This document shows positions 37,761 through 51,919 of a stretch of 64,000 nt of DNA, one piece after another. The stretch is taken from contig CM126222.1 of NCBI GenBank assembly GCA_052327205.1, positions 49,538,001 to 49,602,000 on the forward strand, written 5' to 3'. The position numbers were made by a program, and so were the translations under genes. The stretch comes from Somniosus microcephalus. Taxonomy: Eukaryota. The notes under the pieces were generated by a model. The model was not told the origin of the DNA. It saw only the letters and a program-made list of their open reading frames with translations, and made no database searches. Numbering within the stretch: position 1 is the stretch's first letter; the number at the start of each line of letters is the position of its first letter.

Positions 37761-39640
37761 ACAGTCATTTTTTAAAAAGGCCTGAAGCAGTCAACTGCCA
37801 TCAATGGTGCATAGCACGAGGATCAAGAATAGGAATGGGAGAAGAATGTGAACTGAAAAATTGAGGGGAGAAACTACAGAAGTGTTGTCGTTAAAACTTC
37901 AAATGCTAATTCATTTTACACAATGCTATTAAATTTTGATAGTTAAGAATAAGTTGTGGAGAGGTGTGAAGGATGACATTTAGAGAGAGTAGGCCTTACT
38001 ATTTGCAATGGACCATGACGTGTTCAGTTGCTGCATCTAAAAGAACATTACTAAGGATTTCCATTTGCAAAGGTGAGAATTGAGGTCATTAATAAACTGC
38101 ATAAATGTGAATCCAAATGCATCATGTGTATGGATTGTAAAACTATATACTTAGACAGAAATCACCGTCACTGCCGTGCACTTAATAGAATAGACTTGCA
38201 TAGAAACTGTTCGGGGACATTGTGGTTTTTATAAATCACCACATTTAAAATAGAACCACATTTAAAATAGAAAACGTCTCATCTGTATTGTCCAGTCAAT
38301 TTAACAGACTTTAGTCTCTACAACAATATGGAACAACGCAGCAGTTTTTCCAAGATTAATTTATTACCGTATGATAAAAAATTTCATAGGTTATGTACAC
38401 TCAAATTTGATTTGCGAGGAATGTTTTAATAATTTTGCTACCCAAAGCCATTTAAATATTACAGATTGTCAATGATTATGAAAAGTGCAGACTAGAGTAT
38501 CTGTCAGGGGCGCTCCATGTGCCAGGGCAATGTCAAACTGTTTCCACTAACTTTAGCAGACTGTTTAGATGAGTGGATGACAACAGTGTGTAAAATACTT
38601 TTCTGAAACATTACCCTGGAACATGAACTAACCAACCAGTTAGAGTCTTCTCTCACTCTCTTTCTGTTTCACATTTGCTCATTGATTCTTTTAGTTTGTT
38701 GCTATCACTCTCAGCTTCCCTTTCTTTGCCTCTTGCTTCTTGGTATTAGGGACTACCAGTGAAATACGAATTCAAAGCAGTTTTAATTTATTTCCAAGTG
38801 GGCATCAGTTCACAGCACAGGAAGATGTTTCAACGCAAAGTAACAGTCTGAGATAAGAGACCATAACTGATCGTGGAGCTTGGATATGCCCCTTAGATAC
38901 AATGGAGAACATTTGAGGTGGGATTGAAGTACATTGCAAGGGGAACTGAGCATAGCACTATATCTATGCTACAAACCCGTTCTTGGAACACATTGCCCTG
39001 CAATGTAATGCTGCCCCTGGGACCAAAGTGAAGAGCAAAACCTTGCCTAGGTCGGTCATTTCTTGTCTGCATGACTGCCAAAAATACATGGGGCGAATTG
39101 CACTGTGTAATATTGAATGACTTAACATGAAACTATTTTGTCTGCTGTTTTAACAGAGGTGTTACTGCAATTACTTTTGTTAAAAGAGGAGTCATGGCAA
39201 TTATAGATACCTGGGAAGCTTGTAACTAATTCATGGGTTCAAACAATGGCTTAAACTGCAAGATAAAACTCTTAACAGTTCAACAAACGTCATCTGTGGA
39301 TTATAGCTTACAATGTACATTCAAGTACCTTGTTATTTTGCACGATTATATATTATGATTAATATACAGTGTTTTAGTTTTAAATGAACGGCTGCAAACT
39401 GGCAGTGTTCTACAGAATGCACAGAGTGCCTACAGCAAGATCATGGGACTCACACAAGCTGTCGCAGTCCTTTCTGAAATAATTAATACAGGATTATTAT
39501 TTCACATCACTGAATAGAGACAATTCCAAGGTTCTTGGGTTTTTTTTGTGGTCGACTGCAGGTTATTCAATACATTATAGCTTACTCCAAGAGGATCCTA
39601 TTAATTCCTGAATGTGATTTGTTTCATTGTTTAATCACAG

Positions 39641-39701
39641 GTAAACAATGCAACAGCAAGAGTAATGACGAACAAAAAGACCCCCAATCAATACACAAAT
39701 G
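39641..39701 (+). CDS. RBFOX3: RBFOX3-like exon VNNATARVMTNKKTPNQYTN(G) (61 nt)
   Basis: ttaatcacag| acceptor and ATG|gtaagg donor. In frame with the previous exon. Confidence 0.96.
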
Positions 39702-42700
39702 GTAAGGCAACCAGCAGCCGATGACCGAATGAATCAGTTATTTCTATGGAGAAGATTATTTTTTAATATATCAATAGCAATGGTAAATACAATTCAATTG
39801 TGACTTAAGAAGCAATATTAAATAAGGAGTCTCCTCAATGAAAGGTATAATTACAGCCAAATTTTCCCTTTTGTATTGGACACAGATTATGCATGGGCAA
39901 ATAGTATTTACTTCTGGGGCAAGCGCAAAGCAGGTTCTGTGGATTCTTTTTGTATTATTGATTTCAATGAATCAGGAAAGCACAGTAGGAAGATGGACAC
40001 TTGCTCTGGAGTGTGCAGAAGTTCAGGTATTCCTTTGCTGGACAAACTCAGAAATAGCCTGTGATGAGAGGCAAGAGCTCCCTGTGTTATAGCAAATTAA
40101 ACTTGAATATGCATACATAAGTGTACAAGGAAAATTACAGATCTGAACATTAGCAGATTAGTTTCCACACAGGCAAATTAATGGGTTTTCAGTTTCAATT
40201 ACATTATTTTTAAACCTGCGAGAAGTAACTAGTAGCAGCAATTAAAACGGCACTAATCCAGATTAGATACACTTCTGACCAACATATTGAAGCGCATCAG
40301 TGTTTAGTATCTTCCAGCCCACAGAGCAGTGCTTCCCAGCACCTGCACAGGTGAGGTAGATTAAACTTTATAGAAGACAGAAGTTAATTTTGTTAGCAAT
40401 TTCATTAAATAAAATGAGAACAATAGTTGCAACAAAAAAAATGATCGCCCTCTAAAATTGTCAGCAACTCCTAAGAGGTTGTCAATGCCTTCTTAAAATT
40501 GTGACAGTAATATCTAACAACCCTCTCCTAATATGAGTTGGGAGTCGGGATTACTTTTCTTTTCTAGTTAATGATATATGATTTTTAAAAATGGTGATAA
40601 GTAATGCTTTATTTCCCCGAGTCCATTTCTAATGAGTTAAGCATCTAAATGGGAATCTCTCTCAATATTGACGAACAAATCATTGAATTGAGCAATACGT
40701 TCTTCCAAAGGCAGTCTGTTCAGACTGTGTCCCTTCAATACATTAAGATCTGTTTGAATTTGCATAGAGAGTGCTTTTTTGCTGGGCCCTCCTGCATGAG
40801 ATTGATGCCTCTGTGGGCAATGTCCCTGCTTTTCAACACTGAGGAGTTTGAGTCCTTAACTCCACTCCTGCTGCATGCAGCCTGTTATCAATGTGTAACA
40901 TACACAGCAGTGTAACTGGAGCTGGATGGAGCAGGCCTCACCCACAAGCTACAGAGATGTAGAGGACCCAGTCATGAGTTACCACTGCTGAAGCAAGTCA
41001 GCATGGCATAGGCCAAAGTGAAATCAGTGAAAAGGGGGCAGATTAAAAGCTGATTTTATTATGTTTGATATTGAGGGACTTTTCCTTCTTTACAATTGCC
41101 AGGTTGTCCAGCAAGAACTCATAAGCTGCAAATAAATAAATTGCCCCTCAATGAACTTTTGTTGCTCTTTCTTCCCAATTTTTTTTCTTGAAAATGTATG
41201 TCTTATTTCCATACTTGACAGATTGCAGGCTGAAGAGTTTGGAGGACAAGATGCTGTTAAACTTAATTTGTATTTTCTACCCAGAAGTATGGCAATTGTG
41301 CTATGAGAAACGTTTTAACAGATGCATCTAAAATTCCCCTCTCCACTACTTTGATGAAGGCATCAACCTGTTTAAAATAAATTGGTTAATGCTACCACTA
41401 AAATATCAGAGAGAGGAATGCATTAAGAGAATGCATTAAGGGTTTGCACACCATGGTGCAATTTTAGGATCCAAGAGTGGTTCTTAAATAGGCAGTGAAC
41501 TAGATCAATCTCCCAGTTTTCCTTTGTAATAATGTAAAGAAATTTTAAAAACTGAGGTAAAATTTGCTTTCTGCCATTATTAATTGTTTAAATTACTTTT
41601 TAAGGAGGAAGAAGTTTGAAGGTGCATTAAACAGATCCAGTTCCAATTAATTGGGGAAAATATTCAGATATATGTAAACTTTGAAGTAAGAGGATTCCAT
41701 ATGCGGACCCTCCAAATCTGAATCTGTTTAGATAAAAAGCCCAACGCAGGAGCAGAATTTCCTGAACCACCAGGGGCTCCGGAGCTTGCGGCCACTCGAC
41801 TCATACACTTAGACTACTATGTCCTCCCTCCACCACCCCCATATTATTGGGCAACCTTTATTTAGATATATGCTAATGGCTCCAGCCACCAGTGTTAGCC
41901 AGTGTCAAGGGAATCTTTGAACAGGAGAGTTTGAAAATATACACAAGACATTTTGTTCCTCTAGTCATTGTTTTTTAATGGTATGAAATAAGCCAAAATA
42001 CTTTTTTTCTTAATGAATTCAAGTAAGGCCATTTCGGGATTGGGACTTCAGATTTGCTGTTTGGCCCGAGTTAGGTCCATTAACTTTATCCAAATCAAAC
42101 TATCTTGTGAATAGAACGTCAGTGGCTGGACACCAATCAGTGCCTTCACTTACCTGTTGGTAAGTTAACCTTTTGTTTGTTTGTTTTGTTGTTATAAACT
42201 GGTTGGAAGAATTGATCTTGATGTGGAGTCATGAAGATGCTATTCTCACAGTAATATGATTAACATTATAGTGATGTGGGAAGAAACAGTCAATTTGAAC
42301 CTCAATGCCCATATCTAAAGGTTTGCTCTCTTCATTTCGATCATGACTAAGTTACTTTTGTAATGACAGGAAATGGTGCGGTTGATGACAAAATGTTCTT
42401 TTTTTTTTAAAGGAATTTATTCCTAACGAGCTTATCTTAAACGGGGTTTATTTTAAATTAAACAGAACAAAATTGACTAACTAAAGCAGATGATTGGATT
42501 AATTTTGGCTAAGTTATATTGAAAAAGGTCAGCTGCCATATCATCAGAAAGCTTAAAATTGATTCGTAAAAATCTGTTCATTTCATTGAATGGTTAGGAT
42601 TTACACATCCAATCAAATTATTAGAATCACAAATGTCATCGTCTGGTTGAATATTTTGAATGTAACAGGGCAGTTTCAGATTGTAATTGAAACAGCAAAA

Positions 42701-43872
42701 CCTTCACTGGTTTAAGCAATGTAATAAATGATACTCATTCTTTCTATTTCTCATTTATAAAACAAAATTTCCTTTTACAGTTAAAACCCAAGTACAATCA
42801 TGTGTGAACAACACATTGTGCACTTTTATATTTACTCCGGGAGTTGAAATTCATGTGTAAATTAATGACTTGATTAAAATAAGACACACAGGAATTTAAC
42901 ACCAATGTGTTAGCCAGTGCTCTAAAAATAGTGCGCGGAGAAACTTTAGCTCTAACATACATGTTCGGGATAGTGAGTGTTTGCAATTTATTTCACCAGT
43001 GAGTTCACGCTATGAAAGGTTTTCCTTACAAGTGCAATTAACTGTGTAATTATACAATGTATGGTTTTTAAAAAATGATATTGGTCAAATTGAGTTTCCC
43101 TCAGAGAAATGTGTCTGTAGTGGGAGCTTTCATTTTCATGGGATGTCAGCCTGGATTTTCCGATCAGCATTTTTTTCAATGCATTAAAATTAACCCCAAT
43201 TGGAAAGTCCAGGCTATCATGTCATGGCTTGCTCTTCCCTCTCAAAAATAATTAAATATTGGGGGCAATATTTTTTCGTGGTTAATTTAAAATGTGAGCG
43301 ATTTAAAAAAAAAAAAAAAAAAAAAATGAAAGCTGTTGCAGTATTTTTTAAGCTCTGACCGCTGTTACAGTGGAGGGGGAAGAGAATTTCCTCTGTATTG
43401 TGTTTATAGCAAAACCCATTTGTGAAGGAGACATTTATGATTTTGCTACAAATAGTGAACAGAGGACATCTCCCCTCTGCAGGCTCTCGGGTCAGGTTGA
43501 CTGCAGGTAAATGGACTGGGACTGGCGAGCTCAGCCAGACAGTAGGTCGTATATTGAGCACTGAATTTCGATTGGATTATTTACCAGCTCTTAAATAGCT
43601 ATGTTTATCCACGTGTGTTGTACAAATATTGTTTTACGCCAAATGGTCGTCTGGTATTTGTTTGCATTCTTTCATCTCGTCAATGGGGTCTCCTCTGTTA
43701 AACTAACCTTTTTGGCTCCATGGATGACTCTGTATAAATAATTTATTCTAATAAATAAATACAAATGTGAAGTTAAACTCTGCTGTAATTACCAGTCCGG
43801 TGTGTATGAAAGTGACTGCTAAGCTACGAGTGAAGACGAGTGCTAAGCACTGGGGTTAGCTATGATGAATGA

Positions 43873-43980
<108 letters not shown>

Positions 43981-46069
43981 TAATTTTACAAGTCAGAAAA
44001 TAAGTGAAAGCAATAAAGAAACCTGCAGGATAGCAGTATGAAAAGGAGAAACAGAATGATTGAAATGAAAGCAGGTGACAGAAAGAGCTCATTTTTCATT
44101 TTTATTTCCTTTTCCTGATGCTGTACCAAATCATCTTTAATGGATACTGCCTTCGTTTCAAAGCAAGGCAGTCTGTCGAGCTCACTTGATTAATTTACCA
44201 CAAATCTTTTCTCTCCCCTAACCGTAGTGCTGCAGTTTGCCAAGTCTAAACGCTACCATATGTTTTGTATTCTCAGGAGAGGCAGTAAATAGCCGTCTTT
44301 GCCTGGCCACATTCCTTGGATATATTCACAAATAATTATAGAAGGATTTAATATACTTTCAAAAGGAATAAACTGGATAGACAGTAATTAATCACTGTTT
44401 ATCAGCGGGCTCTCTATACTGGAGTTCAGTGCTATCAGTCACCGTAAATCCAGTACTGATGACAGGCAAGTCTCCCTCCATTCATCCCCAGGCTTAGTTT
44501 TATTATAGTCAAATCTGCTTCACCACAATGACAAATGGAGCAGTAACCTGTTTAAAGAGACTGTATCCCTTTTCTGCTGCCCTGCACAGTCCAATTTTCC
44601 ACCCAATATTTTACATAAATATCTCCTTGTTTTGCTTACTGAGGCCTTCTCGCAGTTAGAAATTGATTTAAAAACTCGAGTGCAGCTTTTAAACCTGCTG
44701 CAACCAGCATCCAATGATCTGCTTGTCGATTTCCAGACAGTTCCATGAATTCAGAATGAAGCAGCGAGTGATCACAACATACTGGGGGTGCTTTGCAAGC
44801 AGGACTATCAGAAAGCAGATCACTGCAGTAATGTTTAAATTACATTTAACCCTTATCCAGCAGTATAAATGTGAGACCCACTTAGCCGGAAATATGGATG
44901 AAAGAGGAAGGTAGTCTCTTTTTGAATCACTTTACTCCATTCTTGTAACAATTCCTTGTAAACGTTAACAAGAAAACCATATTAAAATCGAGTAAACTGA
45001 CTCAACAAGAGACTATTTCTTCCTTTTTAACAGACCTCAGTGGAGTGAATAAAAGCCCTTAAAATGTGATTGCTGTAAATTTAAAGCCACATTGCCCCAT
45101 ACTTGCTTAATTGTTTCAATATGATATATCAGTAGGCGCATACCTACCTGTCAAAACGTGCCATTGTGAGGAACATTCATTTTTCACAGCAAATGTCAAT
45201 TTTACAAACACTTAATTTTTGTACTCCTGTTACTGACCTCCGATTTCTATCATAGTTTGGGGTTTAAGGTTAGCCAAAGCTCGAGTGAAGAATGAAGAGC
45301 ACAACCCATGTCTTCCCAAAATGGACTTCCACTTTTAATTCTCCAGTCTTGTGAGTCACTGTATGCAACACTTTAAGATGCTTTGATGTGATTCGCAGCT
45401 ATATAAATATAAGGTTTTTTAAAAAAAAACATAATATTCAGAACAGATTATTTTCCTTAACTGCCACCCAGGCCACTGCAGCTTTAAGGTCAGTAGCTCG
45501 GGGTAAGAGTTCCTCCAGTGTGTAGCAACATTAGAAATGCATTCCTAAAGTTTACCTCTTGTCAATATTTCTTAGAAATCATAGAAACCTTCATGAACAC
45601 ACTTACAATTTTGCTAGCACTATCTACCTGAGGAAATCTTCATCAATGCATTTCTAATATTAACACAGGAATCAGAGAAATTCAACAATGCCCACCGATC
45701 TCACTTATGCCAACTGAATATTTCAAGAGATTAATATTCTAGTGCTTATGAAAAGACCATTTTTTTCTCACCGGTTTTCTCCACTCATCTCTTCTGAAGA
45801 TGTTGATTCCTTGCTGGGGTTTGGTTCCAGAGATACCCTCTGGCACTTCACCAAGCTTTGACCGATCCTGCCCTAAGTTGACGCCCACACTTGGACCCTT
45901 CCAGCAGGGGGCAAAAGTGGCCAATTTCCCCTTTTATTTTATACTTTTCTTGCCAATCTCTTTTGTATTTGCCTGCTCTCCTGCAGGCCTTGATTCCTTG
46001 CTGGGGTAAGGGTACATAGCCGCAATTTGCCCTCCAGTACCTTGCGCAATTGGACCGCATTCATATACA

Positions 46070-46331
46070 ACTAGGTTCTTCATCCATAGGGTCGTAACAG
46101 CTCAGCCCAATTTTGTCCACCCATATAATTCAACAGAGGTCACTGGATAACAATCAAGAGCCCTGGTGATTTTCCTCTCCTTGACCGAGGAGTGCTGAGG
46201 CCAATTGCATGACCTCTACTGCCATCCTAGCTGAGAACAGCTAATGTAGCACAGACCAATGTTTGAACCTGATCCTTGCTGATATGCATTGCTCAGCTAT
46301 GCAATGGCTGAACTTGCTAAGCCATTGGGGG
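46070..46331 (-). mobile_element. Old tRNA-derived SINE (AmnSINE2-like)
   Basis: Minus strand ggttcaaac...ggtctgtgct...tagctgttctcagctagg...caattggcctcagcac resembles my recall of the AmnSINE2-type core. Confidence 0.55.
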
Positions 46332-47939
46332 ATTTGTATTATTGAAGGATTAACAAAATATTTGAAGCAATGATTTACGTGCAATATATTATCAATTAGT
46401 CAATTAGGCCAGCTAATACACTATAAGCTAAAAGTGCATTGCAGAGCTTGTCTTTCTGTTATACTGATGTCAGCCATCTTCCATAGAACAATACCAGATC
46501 AAATGTGTGACTGATTCGAAGAGAAAATGATTAATCCACTATTTAATCTTCTGTTGATTAGCATTTTAATTGAATAATCAGCACAGCTGTAATAGCTCAT
46601 TCACTTGTTATTGGTTGCAGTGATATAATTGTGATTGAGTGTGCTCCCTTACAAACAATTTTTACACTGAATATAGATAAACCAAACTGTGAATGAACAT
46701 GTCTGGAACAATAAGTCCCCAACAATAGGGCATAGCATAGGGTTGAAATGTCCTGCCAGTGTAGCACAGAGACTAATGGTGTTGTTTGGCATCTGTCCAG
46801 ATAATTCAGCTACACTGACTAATATTAACTCTGTTACATAGACTAGGATGCACGAGCTGCAAGCACTAGTTTCTCTGGGTTCCTCCAGAACTGGAAGCAC
46901 TGCTGCACATTTACATTCATGTACACGATGCATCATAAGTTGCATACAGTCTTGTGCATACAGTGGTGCTCTGAGTATCAGTGGAAGTCAGAATGCCCAG
47001 CACGTGTAGTTAGTATCCTGGTCAGTACACTTATCTACCAACACATCAGTTTGTCAGTTTGTGCCAGAGGGAAATATAAACAGTGCTTGATGTGACCGAC
47101 ATGATATTCCATTGTCAAGATGTCTATTGGATTCTGAGTTGTTTGTCAGCTCCTTATGTTAGGCTACAACTGGGACAGCATTGTGTCACCTCCAGATCAC
47201 TGCCACAGGAGACAACGTGGTTAGGACCACTTTGACTTTGGCGCTGTACTGACATTTACATGGCACATTTACACTGCTGTGATTGGTATAAATGTCCTAG
47301 TATAACAAGGGTATTAAGCATTGTTAGGAAAACATGATGGTAGCTGAACACTAATGTTAGTGTCATGGGTGTGTACCTTTCTTAGCATTGACATTTCCAG
47401 AGATGGCCAATTCACTGATGTGCAATGTCAACAGCGATTGTTTTTTATTCCCAGAGAAAAGCTGTACTACTTGATTGTGCCAAGTTTCTGGTGTTTCTGC
47501 AATGCCTTGTAAGGGATAAAACTTCCATCCACCATTTACAAGGCAAATGACAGCCAGGGCAGGGAATTCCTAACCAGCCAGGTGTTTCCGCTCCTCAAGC
47601 TGCAGTGGGATCCAGTGTAGAGGTGGCGGCCAGTATGCTGATTGAGAGGAGGTATACTGGCTTCCATATCGGCATATGTGATGATCAGCCCTCTTGCTCA
47701 GGGGGCTGAGAGGAATTGTGCCAGGGTTGGACTTGGAGGGGGGCCTTGGTATACCGAAGGCAAAGTTCCCATGGGCAAGGGGCAAACAGATGCCAGAGAT
47801 GTGCCTATAGTGGTGCTTGAACCCCATGCTAAGATGTGCCATCATACTGACCCCATAAACTCTGGCAATGTCAATGCTGCACAGGCAGGTGCGATCCCTA
47901 TGTAAATGCCAGGATCGTGACCTGAAGATTTTCGAGGCC

Positions 47940-48360
47940 AGTGCCTTGGTAGCACTCTCGCCTCAGAGTCAAAAGGTCAAAGTTCAAGCCTCACCCCATG
48001 GCATAAGCACACAAATCCAGACTGGCATTTCATTGCAATGCTGAGGGAGTGCAGCACTGTCGGAGGCCCCGTCTTTTCCTCTCAGGTGGAAGTAAAAGAT
48101 CCCATGCTACTATTTCAAAAGGGGTTCTCCCAGAGTCCTGGCCAACATATATCCCTCAACCAATATCACCAAAAAATAGATTATCTGGTCATTTATTGAA
48201 TTGCTGTTTGCTGGATCTTGCTGCTTACAAATTTGCTGTTCCATTTCCCTACATTACTACAGTGACTACACATCAAAAAAGCTGCACTTCATTGGCTGTA
48301 AAGCACTCTGGGACATCCTAAGGTCATGAAAGGTGCTATTTAAATGCAAGGTCTTTCTTT
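47940..48360 (+). mobile_element. DeuSINE (SacSINE1-like), degenerate
   Basis: Aligns by eye with 20383-20840, with internal deletions. Confidence 0.85.
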
Positions 48361-48681
48361 ATTTAACACAGACACTGACATAAGTGGCTGCAAGCAGGCT
48401 TTTCTATGAGGAAAAAGTAGCTAGGAGCAGATAGCATGAGGCAGAGCGATCTGGGGAATCCTGGGAGCATTACTCAGTGTAGTTAATGCATTACATCTAG
48501 ATGGTGCCTGCTTGTAAGAAGAACTTGGAATGGAAAATCAAAGAACCTGGCGATAAAAATTGAAAGTGCTCATCTTATCAGCTGACTAAAGGAGTTATGC
48601 AAATTCTGGGAATCAAGGAAAGCTGGAAACAAAATCTGTTTGTACAAGTGTGTTAGTTCCCACCAGATGTGTATATGGAAT

Positions 48682-48731
48682 TCCTCACGCCTGAAATGTT
48701 TCGCCCTCCTCACGCCTGAAATGTTTCGCCC
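48682..48731. repeat. Perfect 25-bp tandem duplication
   Basis: tcctcacgcctgaaatgtttcgccc x2. Confidence 0.95.
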
Positions 48732-48846
48732 TTTGTCTAAATTGCTTTTAATCTGTGTGATTGTCTCGCAGAAATAGTTTTGACTGCTGTAGCCGGTTAG
48801 AGGTTGCCAGAAACCAATGCATTAAAATGGATTTAAGAATTGGAAG

Positions 48847-50262
48847 TTTTTTTTTATTCGTTCCTGGGATGTGGGCGTCGCTGGCAAGGCCAGCATTTAT
48901 TGCCCATCCCTAGTTGCCTTCGAGAAGGTGGTGGTGAGCCACCGCCTTGAACCGCTGCAGTCCGTGTGGTGAAGGTACTCCCACAGAGCTGTTAGGGAGG
49001 GAGTTCCGGGATTTTGACCCAGCGACAATGAAGGAACAGCGATATATTTCCAAGTCAGGATGGTGTGTGACTTGGAGGGGAACTGGGAGGTGGTGGTGTT
49101 CCCATGCGCCTGCTGCCCTTGTCCTTCTAGGTGGAAGAGGTTGCGGGTTTGGGAGGTGCTGCCGAAGAAGCCTTGGCAAGTTACTGCAGTGCATCTTGTA
49201 GATGGTACACACTGCAGCCACGGTACGCCGGTGGTGGAGAGAGTGAATGTTTAAGATGGTGGATGGAGTGCCAATCAAGCGGGCTGCTTTGTTTTAGATG
49301 ATGTCGAGCTTCTTGAGTGTTGTTGAAGCTGCACTCATCCAGGCAAGTGGAGAGTATTCCAGCACACTCCTGACTTGTGCCTTGTAGATAATGGAAAGGC
49401 TTTGGGGAGTCAGGAGGTGAGACACTCGCCCCAGAATACCCAGCACCGGCCCGGTCTTTTTGCCACAGTATTTATGTGGCTGGTCCAGTTAAGTTTCTGG
49501 TCAATGGTGATCCCCAAGATATTGATGGTAGGGTATTCGGCGATGGTAATGCCGTTGAATGTCAACAGGCGGTGGTTAGACACTCGCTTGTTGGAGATAG
49601 TCATTGCCTGGCACTGGTGTGGCGTGAATGTTACTTGCCACTTATCAGCCCAAGCCTGAATGTCATCCAGGTCTGGCTGAATGCGGGCATGGACTGCTTC
49701 ATTATCTGAGGAGTTGCGAATGGCACTGAACACTGTGCAGTCATCAGCGAACATCCCCACTTCTGACCTTATGATGAAGGGAAGGTCGTTGATGAAGCAG
49801 CTGAAAATAGTTGGGCCTAGGACACTGCCCTGAGGAACTCCTGCAGCGATGTCCTGGGGCTGTGATGATTGACCTCCAACCACCACAAACATCTTTGTAC
49901 TAGGTATGACTCCATCCAGTGGAGAGTTTTCCCCCCGATTCCCATTGACTTCAGTTTTACTAGGGCGCCTTGATGTCAAGGGCAGTCACTCTCACCGCAC
50001 CTCTGAAATTCAGCTCTTTTGTCCATGTTTTGACCAAGGCTGAAATGAGGTCTGGAGCTGAGTGGTCCTGGCGGAACCCAAACTGGGCATCAGTGAGCAG
50101 GTTATTGATGAGTAAGTGCTGCTTGATAGCACTGTCAACGACACCTTCCATCACTTTGCTGATGATTGAGAGTAGACTGATGGGGCGGTAATTGGCTGAA
50201 TTGGATTTGTTCTGCCTTTTGTGGACAAGACATACCTGGGCAGTTTTCCACATTGTCGGATA
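48847..50262 (-). mobile_element. LINE (second family) RT region to poly(A) tail
   Basis: ORFs NYRPISLLSIISKVME, QFGFR, GVPQGSVLGP, FADD. The tail reads ...cccacatcccaggaacgaataaaaaaaa on the minus strand. Confidence 0.92.
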
Positions 50263-50928
50263 GATGCAAGTGATATGTTCACTGCAAAATGTACTGGCAA
50301 GTAAAACTAAATCCCACACAAAATTACTAATGGCAGCTTATAACAAATACTAACAAAGAATTGATCCCTTAAAGTAATTCTAATATTAAATATTAAAATA
50401 CTAAATATACACGATTGGTGCCCAATCTGCGTTCCTCTCCTGCCAATGGCATGTACCAGACAAAAAGGAGTTTTTAACATTTGTGTGAGAAAATGGATTT
50501 ATGCAAATGGCTATGTAAAGCAATCGCCAACACTGGCCAAGTGGCCCCCCATTGTGCTGAAACTTCGATGAGCACTTTCACGAGCATGTCATCCTGTGGA
50601 ATTTGCAACTGGCAGAAAGTAGAAGAAATATTTTTCTGCATTTTAGCTGGTTATTTTCTTTGAGAAACCCTTGCAAAGTATTTTACTCTGTCTCAGAGCA
50701 CACAATCGGAAAGTCTCAGTAGGGTCGATAGACCTTTCAACTTTTAAAAGATAGCATCAGGGATATGCCTTAGAGGTTAAATTTTAAAAGGAGAGACTTT
50801 AATGGTTCAGATACATAAATCTTTAAACATGGGAAGACATGTTTATAAAGCTGCAAAAAGAAAAGGCAAATGGGGATTATACAACAGCAAAATACTGGTC
50901 AACCTTTACAAATCATTAGTTAGCAGAC

Positions 50929-51309
50929 GGGTAAAAATTTGTTACGACCATTTTCAGGCACATAACTGACGGCACAGTTCCAGGGAGGGAGGCTGATCAC
51001 AGGCCAACAGCGGCCCTCAACGGTGCTGTGGAGCCGGCGGGAGCACTGCTGATCCTCATGGCTCCACAGGAAGGTAAGTGGGGGAAAAAAACACCTTTCT
51101 TTTTGGTGACATTTGCCAGTTAGGTCGTAGCGCTCCCACCAAAGCTGACGCTAACAAATGTTGCTGAGGGGTCCTTAAAAACAGGTGCTCAGCACTTCAT
51201 TAGCATATGCAAGGGGCCTAACATCTGTTTACGGCAGCTTCCCGGGATGCCTGAAAATCATCCAAGGCACAGGGTCATTTTTGCCCGTTTTCTGGACCAG
51301 TTTCTACCC
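50929..51309. mobile_element. MITE inserted in a decayed CR1 fragment (50760-51600)
   Basis: TIRs gggtaaaaatttg / cagtttctaccc. The CR1 KSLV...YCV motif is split around it. Confidence 0.6.
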
Positions 51310-51689
51310 TACTGCGTCTAGTTTTGAGCGCCCGTCTTTAGGAACGATGTCAAAGCCAAAGAAAATGTACAGAAGAGTTTTACTGAGATGACACCAGGGA
51401 TGAGAGGCTTTAGTTCTCAGGAGAGACTAGTGAAGCTGCTGCTTTTTTTCAGTAGGACAGAGAATGTTAAAGGAATATCTGATCAAGATGTTCAAAAAGG
51501 TATGAAGCATTTTGCAGGTAAATGGGGAAAAAAAACTATTTCCATCAATCGTTGAGTCAGTAAAATGGCATAACTTTAAGATAATCATCAAAGGACCAAA
51601 GGGTGAGGTTGGTATAGTGGGCGGGCCACACCACATTCTGTGTTGGGAATTCCTCCCCTAATTAGATTCAGTGAGGCAGCAGCTCTTTA

Positions 51690-51898
51690 TAGGTTCCACT
51701 CTCTGGAATTCCTTCCTGAAATCTCACCGCCTGTCGACCGTCCTCTCCTCCTTTAAGATCTTCCTTAAACTCCACCTCATTGACCAAACTTTGGTCGCCC
51801 TCCTAATATCTCCTCTTTTGGCTTAACGTCCATTTATTCTCATGCCTCTGTAAGACAGCTTGGTACCTTTTCCTTCACTATATAAATGCAAGTTGTTA
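51690..51898 (+). mobile_element. L2 LINE 3' end
   Basis: ctctggaattccttcct...cctttaaga...tataaatgcaagttgtt, the inverse of 14042-14600. Confidence 0.65.
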
Positions 51899-51919
51899 TA
51901 TAGAGTTGCAGCTCACCAT

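Noticed and set aside
38238-38271. 17-bp tandem duplication accacatttaaaataga x2
   Set aside because: Ordinary slippage duplication with no functional hint.
39638-39646. CAG|GTAAAC recursive-splice-like site at an exon start
   Set aside because: It is explained by the conserved Val-Asn codons and is a weak donor.
51062-51080. cag|GAAG|gtaagt, another 4-nt exon-like pattern
   Set aside because: There is no pyrimidine tract and it lies inside a MITE. It shows that such patterns arise by chance, which tempers the other microexon calls.
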